Positions 16,179 through 23,467 of a DNA stretch of 39,203 nt are shown here, piece by piece. The position numbers were made by a program, and so were the translations under genes. Under the pieces are notes generated by a model that saw only the letters and a program-made list of their open reading frames with translations, was not told where the DNA came from and ran no database searches. The stretch covers positions 1 to 39,203 of the forward strand of contig CAYIHW010000001.1 of assembly GCA_964363335.1 (NCBI GenBank), in the 5' to 3' direction. The DNA is from an uncultured Candidatus Saccharibacteria bacterium. GTDB lineage: Bacteria > Patescibacteriota > Doudnabacteria > UBA920. How positions within the stretch are numbered: position 1 is the stretch's first letter; each line of letters opens with the position of its first letter.

Positions 16179-16949
16179 ATGAATTACGTTATTGGTTTGG
16201 ATATTGGCGGGACAAAAATTAGCGGCGTGCTGTTTGACGGCAAAAAAATTGTTAAAGAATTAACAATTAAAACGCCGGATAATCTGTTTGAATTTGAAAG
16301 AAATTTGCTAAAATTGACCGATTTTTTATCGGTTGGCAATAAAGTTTCCAGTATTGGTGTGGGCATGGCCGGGTTAGTTGATAGTAAAAAAGGTGTTGTG
16401 AAGCATTCGCCGAATATAAAATTTATCAAAAATTTTTATTTGGCAAAACTTTTTTTGCTCAATGGGTTTAAAAAAGTCCAAATTGAAAATGACGCTCGGT
16501 GTTTTGCCCATGCGGTGAATTTGGTTGGCGAAGGCAAAAGGTTAAAAAATATTGTGTGTATGACTTTGGGCACGGGAATTGGCGGGGGCTTTATTTGCGA
16601 CGGCCAGCCGTACCGTGGGGCGAATTTCGGCGCCGGGGAAGTGGGGCACATGATTTATAACGGAGATAATACGTTTGAAAAAGTTTTTCAAAAAGCCCGT
16701 GAAAAGCAGGACGATAAGGCGCTGGCAAAAATTATTGGCGCCCTGCTAACCAATATTTACCGACTGGTAGATCCGGAATTAATCGTTTTAGGCGGGGGAG
16801 TTGTTTTAGCCAAACAACGGAATTTTATTAATTCCGCTAAGCAAATTTGTGCAAAAAATTTAGCCTCCTATAATATTAAACCCTCAAACATTGTCGTTTC
16901 AAAATTAAAAAATACCGGCGCCCTAGGTGCCGCCCTCTTGGTTAGTTAA
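16179..16949 (+). CDS. ROK-family sugar kinase
   Basis: 256 aa. The LDIGGTKI phosphate-binding motif, GMAGLVD and GAGEVGH motifs are present. Confidence 0.8.
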   Translation: MNYVIGLDIGGTKISGVLFDGKKIVKELTIKTPDNLFEFERNLLKLTDFLSVGNKVSSIGVGMAGLVDSKKGVVKHSPNIKFIKNFYLAKLFLLNGFKKVQIENDARCFAHAVNLVGEGKRLKNIVCMTLGTGIGGGFICDGQPYRGANFGAGEVGHMIYNGDNTFEKVFQKAREKQDDKALAKIIGALLTNIYRLVDPELIVLGGGVVLAKQRNFINSAKQICAKNLASYNIKPSNIVVSKLKNTGALGAALLVS

Positions 16950-16968
16950 TAGGTTGTAATATTTAAGT

Positions 16969-16997
16969 CACTATAATACTATATCGTATCATAGTAA
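16969..16997 (+). promoter_or_regulatory. Copy 2 of the 29-nt TATAAT-plus-palindrome motif, directly upstream of the TrpR/YerC-like gene
   Basis: CACTATAATACTATATCGTATCATAGTAA. The first 20 nt are identical to copy 1 at 2339. Confidence 0.6.
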
Positions 16998-17003
16998 GAA
17001 TAT

Positions 17004-17495
17004 ATGACGAAATTATCTAAAAAACTTGTAGACCCAAAAGAAATGGGTAACTATATAAATAATTTTTGGTCTGCGTTAACTTTAATGGATACCAAAGAAG
17101 ATGTTAAGCAATTGGTCAAAGATCTCTTTACGCATACCGAATATAAAATGTTAGCAAAAAGATTAGAGATTGGCAGGTTGTTGCTGGCTGGCTCTGACTA
17201 TAACACAATTGAAAAAAAGCTCAGGGTTACTCCAGTTACCATATCACGGATAAGCAATGTTTTAGCTGAGAAGGGGGCAGGTTTAAGAAAAGCAAATAAT
17301 AAATTAAATTTAATTGAAGAAAAACACCTTTCGAGACAGATAGAAAGAACTAAAAATTTAGAAAATCCATTTAGGCAAAAGATAAATAGGAAAACTCTGG
17401 GCGGGTCTTTAATTAAAGCCGGTTTGTCGGCGCTTGATAAAAAAATAACTAAATCAATAAAGCAAAATTCAGCGAAAAAATTATTAGAAATTTAA
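17004..17495 (+). CDS. TrpR/YerC-YecD-like DNA-binding protein
   Basis: 163 aa. The segment FTHTEYKMLAKRLEIGRLLLAGSDYNTIEKKLRVTPVTISRISNVL matches the Trp-repressor-like HTH pattern. Confidence 0.65.
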   Translation: MTKLSKKLVDPKEMGNYINNFWSALTLMDTKEDVKQLVKDLFTHTEYKMLAKRLEIGRLLLAGSDYNTIEKKLRVTPVTISRISNVLAEKGAGLRKANNKLNLIEEKHLSRQIERTKNLENPFRQKINRKTLGGSLIKAGLSALDKKITKSIKQNSAKKLLEI

Positions 17496-17523
17496 ACTAT
17501 ATTACTATATCGTATTATAGTCA
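17495..17523 (+). promoter_or_regulatory. Copy 3 of the 29-nt motif, overlapping the stop codon of the TrpR-like gene and preceding a small lipoprotein ORF
   Basis: AACTATATTACTATATCGTATTATAGTCA, with perfect ACTATA-N6-TATAGT arms. Confidence 0.6.
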
Positions 17524-17541
17524 TTATTTCAGGAAGGATTT

Positions 17542-17664
17542 ATGAAAAAAAGTATTTTAATTATTGCATTTTTAAGTTTACTGGCGGCGGGGTGTGGAAA
17601 GGTGGTTTTAAAACAAGAAATTCCATCTAGTCCGAAAGAATCATATCAAGAGTTGCCGAAGTAA
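17542..17664 (+). CDS. Small putative lipoprotein (40 aa), absent from the ORF track
   Basis: MKKSILIIAFLSLLAAGCGKVV... A signal peptide with a lipobox-like LAAGC, and AGGAAGG 5 nt upstream of the ATG. lgt is present in this window. Confidence 0.5.
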   Translation: MKKSILIIAFLSLLAAGCGKVVLKQEIPSSPKESYQELPK

Positions 17665-17684
17665 TGCAGGAATAGGGAATTAAG

Positions 17685-17857
17685 AGACTGTTAAATAAAC
17701 CTGTTGGTCATAAAATACAATTAAGCCTTGAATAAAGGCTTAATTGTTTGTATTTAATTAACCAATTTCGTTTATGAAATCAGTACTATATATTGTAGCA
17801 AGGGTTAACTTTAGGAAGAAAACTTGATTAATTACCAACGGGATTACTTAACAGTCT
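17685..17857. repeat. E5: 173-bp element with 24-bp imperfect terminal inverted repeats related to E1-E4
   Basis: AGACTGTTAAATAAACCTGTTGGT (17685-17708) versus ACCAACGGGATTACTTAACAGTCT (17834-17857), matching at 20/24 positions by hand. It lacks the E1-E4 apical core. Confidence 0.7.
17718..17755. terminator. Intrinsic terminator between convergent genes, inside E5
   Basis: CAATTAAGCC-TTGAATAAA-GGCTTAATTG followed by TTTGTATTT. Confidence 0.7.
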
Positions 17858-17909
17858 ATGAATTAGAAAAAAGATGTTCCAGAATGTTGGAACATCTTTT
17901 TAAATTTAA

Positions 17910-18707
17910 TTATTTTTCTTCATCGTCTTCGTCCTCACCATCCAGTCCAACATCTTCATCTTTTTGAACGTCCGGAGTGTCATTTTCTGCAACTATAATG
18001 GCTTCAACCGGGCCTTCTGATATTATTGTTTCTTGGATTTCAATGATCGGTTCAGTTTGGGTTATCTCCAGTTGATCAGTTATTGCATGGCTTTCCGGTT
18101 GGATTTCCCGCGCTATAATCGGCTCAGGGATTTTTTGTTCTTGACCTTCAGAAGCCTCTGTACTGTTTGTGATTGCCGGGGTGTCTGGGAGTTTAATTTG
18201 GGTGACTAATTTTTCAAATTCCGGCAATTCTTTTACGTTGCTTAGGCCTAAGTGCATTAAGAATTCGGTGGTGGTCTGGTATAAGAAGCTTCTGGCATCA
18301 TACGGATTACTAACTTTTTCTATTAGTCCGCGCATAAGCAAGTTGCGCAAAGAATATTGGGAATTGACTCCCCGAATGGCTTCAATTTCCGCTTTGGAAA
18401 TCGGCTGACGATAGGCGATTATGGCCAAGACTTCCACAGTGGCATCGGTAAGTTTTTCCCGGAGCTCCGTGTTAAGGAAGTTTTTTACTTGCGTGGAATA
18501 CACACTGTTGGTCGCCAATTGATATTCCCCATTGTTATTTAAAACCACAATTCCGGATTCTTTCCTTTGCTGGCAAAGGGAATCAAGCGCGATTTGAATT
18601 TCTTTAACGTCCATTTCTAAAATTTTTGCCAATTCTTTGGCTTTAAAAGGTTTAGCCGCCACAAATAGCAGGGCTTCTAAAGTTTTTATTAATTGTTCCT
18701 GTTCCAT
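17910..18707 (-). CDS. scpB: Segregation and condensation protein B with an acidic C-terminal extension
   Basis: 265 aa. LEALLFVAAKPF and AYRQPISKAEIEAIRGV motifs. The C-terminal 80 aa are Glu/Asp-rich. Confidence 0.85.
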   Translation of the reverse strand: MEQEQLIKTLEALLFVAAKPFKAKELAKILEMDVKEIQIALDSLCQQRKESGIVVLNNNGEYQLATNSVYSTQVKNFLNTELREKLTDATVEVLAIIAYRQPISKAEIEAIRGVNSQYSLRNLLMRGLIEKVSNPYDARSFLYQTTTEFLMHLGLSNVKELPEFEKLVTQIKLPDTPAITNSTEASEGQEQKIPEPIIAREIQPESHAITDQLEITQTEPIIEIQETIISEGPVEAIIVAENDTPDVQKDEDVGLDGEDEDDEEK

Positions 18708-18928
18708 ATAATAAATAAACCAATAATTATTAATCCAAAACTATAAAGTAAAATTGTGGGCTTGCGGCCAAGAATATTGGTAATATCTTTTTTGCCCGGA
18801 ATTGGCGGTTTGACCCATTTGTTTTCCACAAGCCAACCCAAGGTTCTATTATAGATATCGTCTATGGCCAGGGATCCGTATATTACGCCGGCTAGAATAA
18901 ATAGTAATCCAAGTAAAGTTTTGCTCAT
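18689..18928 (-). CDS. Small membrane protein inserted between scpA and scpB
   Basis: 79 aa with two hydrophobic helices. It overlaps the scpB start by 19 nt. Confidence 0.5.
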   Translation of the reverse strand: MSKTLLGLLFILAGVIYGSLAIDDIYNRTLGWLVENKWVKPPIPGKKDITNILGRKPTILLYSFGLIIIGLFIIWNRNN

Positions 18929-18933
18929 AAAAT

Positions 18934-19680
18934 TTAAGATGCTAAATTGGTGTTATTATTTGCGGTTATTGATGTGTTAGGAGTATATTTTTTTATAACC
19001 ACTTCTGTAAATAGCGCGTCCTGGTCAGCCACAAAAATTCTTTGCTTAATAAGTTCCAAAAGCGCTAAAAAGGTAATAATTATTTCCTCTTTATTTTTTG
19101 CCGTCTTAAGCAGATCGCTTAACTTGGTTTCTATTTTGTTGCTTAAGGAGTTTCTTAGGTGGTCAATTTTTTCTTGAATTGAAACTGCTTCCTTAAGTTT
19201 GGCTTTGGGCAGGGCATCCAGTTCTTTTAGCCCGTTTAAGACAATTAAAATATTTTTATGTAGGACTTGGGTGGAAATATTGGGGTCCGGATAAAAGCTA
19301 ATTTTTTGTTCAAATGAAATCGAACGTGTAAAACTTTGTCTGCGCTTGTTGTCTAAATGTTTTAAATATTTTGCCACCTCTTTAAATTGCTTATATAAAA
19401 GTAATTTACCCTCCAAATCAAACCCCGCATCTTCTTCTTCCTGTTCCAGTTCTAGGGTCGGCAAAATAGCTTTGGATTTAATAACCAACAGCTTAGCGGC
19501 AATGGATAAAAAGTCCGCCAGCACTGTCGGGTCAATTGAGCGCAACTGCTTTATGTATTGCAAAAACTGCTCGGTCACTTCCGCCAAAGCGATGGTGGTA
19601 ATATCTAACTGGCGCTGCTCAATAAGCGAAAGCAATAAATCCAGCGGGCCTTCAAATTGGGCAATTTTAACTTTATCCAT
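18934..19680 (-). CDS. scpA: Segregation and condensation protein A
   Basis: 248 aa. FEGPLDLLLSLIEQRQLDI N-terminus typical of the ScpA kleisin. Confidence 0.85.
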   Translation of the reverse strand: MDKVKIAQFEGPLDLLLSLIEQRQLDITTIALAEVTEQFLQYIKQLRSIDPTVLADFLSIAAKLLVIKSKAILPTLELEQEEEDAGFDLEGKLLLYKQFKEVAKYLKHLDNKRRQSFTRSISFEQKISFYPDPNISTQVLHKNILIVLNGLKELDALPKAKLKEAVSIQEKIDHLRNSLSNKIETKLSDLLKTAKNKEEIIITFLALLELIKQRIFVADQDALFTEVVIKKYTPNTSITANNNTNLAS

Positions 19681-19683
19681 TTT

Positions 19684-20343
19684 TTATCTTTTGGCTTTAG
19701 CGAAGGCACCTTTAATTGGTTTGACAAGTTTTTCAAAATCTTTTAATGACAGTTCAATGCTGTGAGTGTAGGTGCCGGCTGACGCTATCATTTTTTTTGC
19801 TCGAGATAAATTTTTGTCTAACAACGTTTGTAAATTATATTCCGAACCAAATGGATGCAGGAGTCCAACCTTAGTTTTTAAATATTTAGTAATGTCTTTT
19901 TCACTGGCCATAGAAACCTTTTTTCCGCCAAAGGTGCCCGCCTGCCCGGCCGGTAGGGATCCGCCTTTGGCGGATGATAGAGCTTTTTGGACTGCTTTTA
20001 AGTCTACGTATTTGCCGGCAGGGAGGACTATAAGCACAAAATAATCCTTATTTGTCATTGCGAGTGCATCCGATGCAATCTTTTTTTTAGATTGCCGCGC
20101 CCCTCGCAAAGCCTCGGGGCTCGCAATGACGGTCTGTGTGCCGGTCACCTTAACCAAAACCACCTTGGCAATTTCGCTAAGTTTCTTTTTAGTGGTCGCG
20201 CTCACATCATGCGCAGTAAAAACCACCTTATGCTCAAGGGTTTTATATTTTACTTTGGCCGCGTCAAGGAGCTTGGTTACAGAATTGGAAAGTTTTTTGA
20301 TTTCTTTTTTGATTTTAGATTTTGATGTTTTTTTCTTTGGCAT
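19684..20343 (-). CDS. YbaK/ProX/EbsC-type aminoacyl-tRNA deacylase-like protein with two in-frame palindromic insertions
   Basis: 219 aa. The pattern is YbaK-like (LEHKVVFTAHDV, VLPAGKYVDLKAV, LLHPFG). There is a Lys-rich N-terminus, and two G/A/P-rich segments map onto palindromes. Confidence 0.6.
   Translation of the reverse strand: MPKKKTSKSKIKKEIKKLSNSVTKLLDAAKVKYKTLEHKVVFTAHDVSATTKKKLSEIAKVVLVKVTGTQTVIASPEALRGARQSKKKIASDALAMTNKDYFVLIVLPAGKYVDLKAVQKALSSAKGGSLPAGQAGTFGGKKVSMASEKDITKYLKTKVGLLHPFGSEYNLQTLLDKNLSRAKKMIASAGTYTHSIELSLKDFEKLVKPIKGAFAKAKR
19925..19973. repeat. 49-bp palindromic element inside the YbaK-like CDS
   Basis: CCGCCAAAGG (19925-19934) and CCTTTGGCGG (19964-19973) are perfect 10-bp arms. 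Translated on the minus strand as SAKGGSLPAGQAGTFGG. Confidence 0.8.
20054..20130. repeat. GTCATTGCGAG-type palindromic element inside the YbaK-like CDS
   Basis: Arms GTCATTGCGAG (20054-20064) / CTCGCAATGAC (20120-20130) with the inner hairpin GCAATCT-T6-AGATTGC. Translated as ...VIASPEALRGARQSKKKIASDALAMT... Confidence 0.85.
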
Positions 20344-20365
20344 TTGAGATCTCGTTTAATTTTCT

Positions 20366-20506
20366 TTAAAGTATATTAGTTACAAGAATAAATATATTAA
20401 GCCACTCCTGCTCACCGTATATGTATGAAAGAATTACCAATATACAAATAATAATTACTGCTGTCAGTATGGTGGGTACCCAATAGTTTAACATCTTTTT
20501 GATCAT
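20366..20506 (-). CDS. Possible 46-aa membrane peptide between aspS and the YbaK-like gene (not in the ORF track)
   Basis: MIKKMLNYWVPTILTAVIIICILVILSYIYGEQEWLNIFILVTNIL. One TM helix, filling the only gap in a tightly packed operon. No clear SD. Confidence 0.3.
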   Translation of the reverse strand: MIKKMLNYWVPTILTAVIIICILVILSYIYGEQEWLNIFILVTNIL

Positions 20507-20513
20507 AATAGCG

Positions 20514-22292
20514 CTATTGCTTTCTCGATAAGTCAAGTTTAATATGCAATTCTTTCAGCTGTTTTTCTTCTACGGTGCCGGGGGCGCCCATCATAACGTC
20601 TTCGGCTGAGCCGTTTTTCGGGAAGGCAATGACTTCGCGGATGTTGGGTTCGTTTTCAAACAGCATTAACATTCTGTCTATCCCCGGAGCAAAGCCGCCG
20701 TGCGGCGGCGCGCCAAATTCAAAGGCGCGAATCATAGCGCCAAATTTTTCATCTACAGTTTCTTTGCTGTAGCCCACCAGTTCAAAAGCTTTGTACATTA
20801 TTTCCGGGTTGTAGTTGCGAATAGCGCCACTGGAAAGTTCTAAGCCATTGGCAATAATATCGTATTGGTATGCGCGAATGGTAAGCGGGTCCTGTTCGTT
20901 TAGAGCCTTTAACCCGCCTTGTGGCATAGAGAAAGGATTGTGCATAAAATCCAATTTGCCTTCTTTGTTTAACTCGTACATTGGGAAATCGGTAATCCAC
21001 GCCCAGGCAACAATGGATGGATCTTTAAGTCCAAACACATCGCCTAGTTTGTCACGGAGTTTGCCTAAGACTTTATTGACCACGTCTTTATGGTCAGCGC
21101 CAAAGAAAATTATGTCGCCGGTTTGGGCTTTGGTTTTGGCAACGATGGCTTGTTTTTCTTCTTCCGAAAGGAATTTTAAAATAGGAGATTTAATTCCATC
21201 CTCAGCCATAATAATATAAGCCAATCCACCCGCACCTTCTTTTTTTACCATTTCTGTTAATTCATCTATCTGCGAGCGGGTAAGTTTCGCTCCATCTTGG
21301 CAACAGATGGCTTTTATGACGCCACCGTTTTTTATAGCGTTACCAAATACGGAAAACTGCGTGGCACGCAAGTCCTCGGTAAGTTCAACCATCTTCATAT
21401 CAAAGCGCAAATCTGGCCTGTCAGAGCCATAAGTTTCCATAGCTTCCAAGTAGGGGAGGCGGGGAAAAGGTTTTTGCAAACATTTTTTTTCGGCAAATTT
21501 TTCCGTGAGTTCTACAAACAACGGTTCCATTTCCTGGAACACCATTTCATCAATATCCGCAAACGCAATTTCCAAGTCCAACTGATAAAATTCTCCCGGG
21601 CTTCGGTCCGCGCGCGGGTCTTCATCGCGAAAACACGGAGCGATTTGAAAATATTTCGGCACGCCGCCGGTCATAAGTAATTGCTTAAATTGCTGGGGAG
21701 CTTGGGGCAGGGCGTAGAATTTTCCCGGATGCAAACGGGAGGGGACAAGGAAATCGCGCGCGCCTTCCGGGGAAGAAGAGGTCAGAATTGGTGTGGAAAT
21801 TTCTATAAATCCTTTACTGTCCATCCAGTCGCGAATATTTTTTATCATTTTATGACGGCGAATCAGCATGCGTTGCATTTTTTCGCGGCGCAAATCCAAA
21901 AAGCGGTATTTGAGTCTCAAATCCTCGTTAGATAAGGTTTCTTCACCATGCCCGTGAGCCACCTGAAAAGGTAAGGCTTTGGCTGTGTTTAAAACCGTAA
22001 GTTTGGAAACAATTATTTCAATTGTGCCGGTCGGGATATTTTTATTTACTAAATCAGTGGCACGTTCAATTACTTTGCCGACGGCTGTAATTACAAATTC
22101 ATCCCGGCAAATGTTCGCTGTTTCAAAAGCCTCTTTGGTCTCCGGGTGGACAGTTAGTTGTACCAGTCCGGTGTGGTCCCTTAAGTCAATAAAAATAACG
22201 CCTCCGTGGTCACGGCGGGAATTCACCCAGCCGGAAACAGAAACGTCGCTTCCCACCAGTTTGGTGGCGTGTAAAGATAATGTTCGTTGCAT
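20514..22292 (-). CDS. aspS: Aspartyl-tRNA synthetase
   Basis: Class II aaRS with an OB-fold N-terminus (VSVSGWVNSRRDHGGVIFIDLRD), CFRDEDPRADR and GGFAPGIDRMLM motifs. I prefer the ATG at 22292 (MQRTLS...) over the TTG at 22328 used by the ORF track. Confidence 0.93.
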   Translation of the reverse strand: MQRTLSLHATKLVGSDVSVSGWVNSRRDHGGVIFIDLRDHTGLVQLTVHPETKEAFETANICRDEFVITAVGKVIERATDLVNKNIPTGTIEIIVSKLTVLNTAKALPFQVAHGHGEETLSNEDLRLKYRFLDLRREKMQRMLIRRHKMIKNIRDWMDSKGFIEISTPILTSSSPEGARDFLVPSRLHPGKFYALPQAPQQFKQLLMTGGVPKYFQIAPCFRDEDPRADRSPGEFYQLDLEIAFADIDEMVFQEMEPLFVELTEKFAEKKCLQKPFPRLPYLEAMETYGSDRPDLRFDMKMVELTEDLRATQFSVFGNAIKNGGVIKAICCQDGAKLTRSQIDELTEMVKKEGAGGLAYIIMAEDGIKSPILKFLSEEEKQAIVAKTKAQTGDIIFFGADHKDVVNKVLGKLRDKLGDVFGLKDPSIVAWAWITDFPMYELNKEGKLDFMHNPFSMPQGGLKALNEQDPLTIRAYQYDIIANGLELSSGAIRNYNPEIMYKAFELVGYSKETVDEKFGAMIRAFEFGAPPHGGFAPGIDRMLMLFENEPNIREVIAFPKNGSAEDVMMGAPGTVEEKQLKELHIKLDLSRKQ

Positions 22293-22460
22293 ATATGTTT
22301 GGCCGCCCCCCGGTTGAATATTAATCAACTGGAGTTAGCTCTGTTGGATATTAATAGAAATATTCAACGGGGCAAGTCCGATAGACAGTCGGCGCGGTAA
22401 ATTAAGATATTAACTGTTAAACTATATGAAAATTATACCAAAAAAGTTGGATTTTGCCAA
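22293..22460 (-). promoter_or_regulatory. aspS promoter and structured leader
   Basis: On the minus strand: TTGGCA (22460-22455), 17 nt, then TATAAT (22437-22432). A long hairpin (22372-22307) pairs CCCCGUUGAAUAUU with AAUAUUCAACCGGGG and covers most of the G6 run preceding the ATG. Confidence 0.5.
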
Positions 22461-22556
22461 GTCTTTTAGGTTCTCGCCGGCTAATTTAAAGCTGGTAGTA
22501 AATAAAAATTTGATAACCGGATTTTTGTATATTTATTAAAAATAGGATATTCTTAA

Positions 22557-22791
22557 TATGGTAAGTATGCGGCATGGAAATGCCGTAAATTTTACTAACC
22601 TGCCATATGGCAGGTTATCTCAACACAAAAGGAGACCAGGGGACCCGGGCGGACAGCCGTCCGGGTGCAATCATAACTTATCATCTGCCTTCCACCATCA
22701 AATACCGGGCAACGGGCGCTCATTATGCGCCAAGTGGCTTTTCTGTCCTCCTTAAAGTCGCGGCTCACCTAAGTGGATATGGTGAGCTTTT
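22557..22791 (+). ncRNA. Structured ncRNA or riboswitch-like candidate, class not identified
   Basis: The region looks GC-rich relative to its flanks, and the only ORFs are two overlapping G/R/P-rich ones. Stems: 22569-75/22580-86 (GGAA loop), 22597-604/22609-16, 22643-52/22657-66 and 22715-19/22727-31. A closing helix pairs AAGGAG (22629-34) with CTCCTT (22748-53). The terminator is GCTCACC...GGTGAGC plus T4 (22763-22791). Confidence 0.4.
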
Positions 22792-22865
22792 AATTTAGAA
22801 TTTGTGCAATCGTTAAATATTTTTTATAATGCCTTAGTAATTTGATATTTAGAAATAAAACTTAA

Positions 22866-23444
22866 ATGCTAAAAAAAATCGTATTAGATTTAGAGACCCA
22901 GAAGTCATTTCAAGAAGTTGGCGGGCGGGGGAAAAACCATTTGCTTAAAATTTCGGTTTGCGGAATTTACGATTATTCCACGGATAAATATTCAACCTAT
23001 GAAGAGCATGAGTTACCCAAACTGGCGCCCATTTTGCAAACTGCTGACCAGATTATTGGGTTTAACATAAAAGATTTTGACTTTGAAGTTTTGCGCCCGT
23101 ATTTAAATTTTGACATTTTTCAAATTCCGTATTTGGACATTTTGGAAGAAATTGAAAAAGTTATTGGCCACCGAATCAAATTGGAATTAGTGGCGCAAGG
23201 TACATTGGGCACCGGCAAATCCGGCAATGGCCTGGAAGCGATTTTGTATTATAAAAACGGCCGGTTTGATTTGTTAAAAAAATACTGTTTGGATGACGTA
23301 AAAATTACCAAACAGGTTTACGATTATGCCTTAAGTAACGGCAAATTATTGTATAAAGATTTTTTCAAAACCAAAGAAATAGTCCTGAAGTTTGTCGAAG
23401 CCGTGCCCCGCAGTGGGGTAATGCATCAGGCGCCGTTGTTCTAG
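22866..23444 (+). CDS. DEDD-type 3'-5' exonuclease-like protein (RNase H-like fold)
   Basis: 192 aa. Acidic motifs LDLET, GFNIKDFDF and YCLDDV are spaced as in DEDD exonucleases. Confidence 0.55.
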   Translation: MLKKIVLDLETQKSFQEVGGRGKNHLLKISVCGIYDYSTDKYSTYEEHELPKLAPILQTADQIIGFNIKDFDFEVLRPYLNFDIFQIPYLDILEEIEKVIGHRIKLELVAQGTLGTGKSGNGLEAILYYKNGRFDLLKKYCLDDVKITKQVYDYALSNGKLLYKDFFKTKEIVLKFVEAVPRSGVMHQAPLF

Positions 23445-23467
23445 GTTAATAATAGGAGTCAAGAATT

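Noticed and set aside
22293-22430. A T-box riboswitch upstream of aspS. A GAC triplet and a TACCGCG string are present.
   Set aside because: The leader is too short for a Stem I with a specifier loop. There is no GGUGG-type T-box sequence and no convincing antiterminator or anti-sequestrator alternative.
22558-22798. Two overlapping 63-65 aa ORFs in the aspS / 22866 spacer.
   Set aside because: They are G/R/P-rich, have no SD, overlap each other in different frames, and coincide with stacked hairpins and a terminator. The region is better explained as structured RNA.
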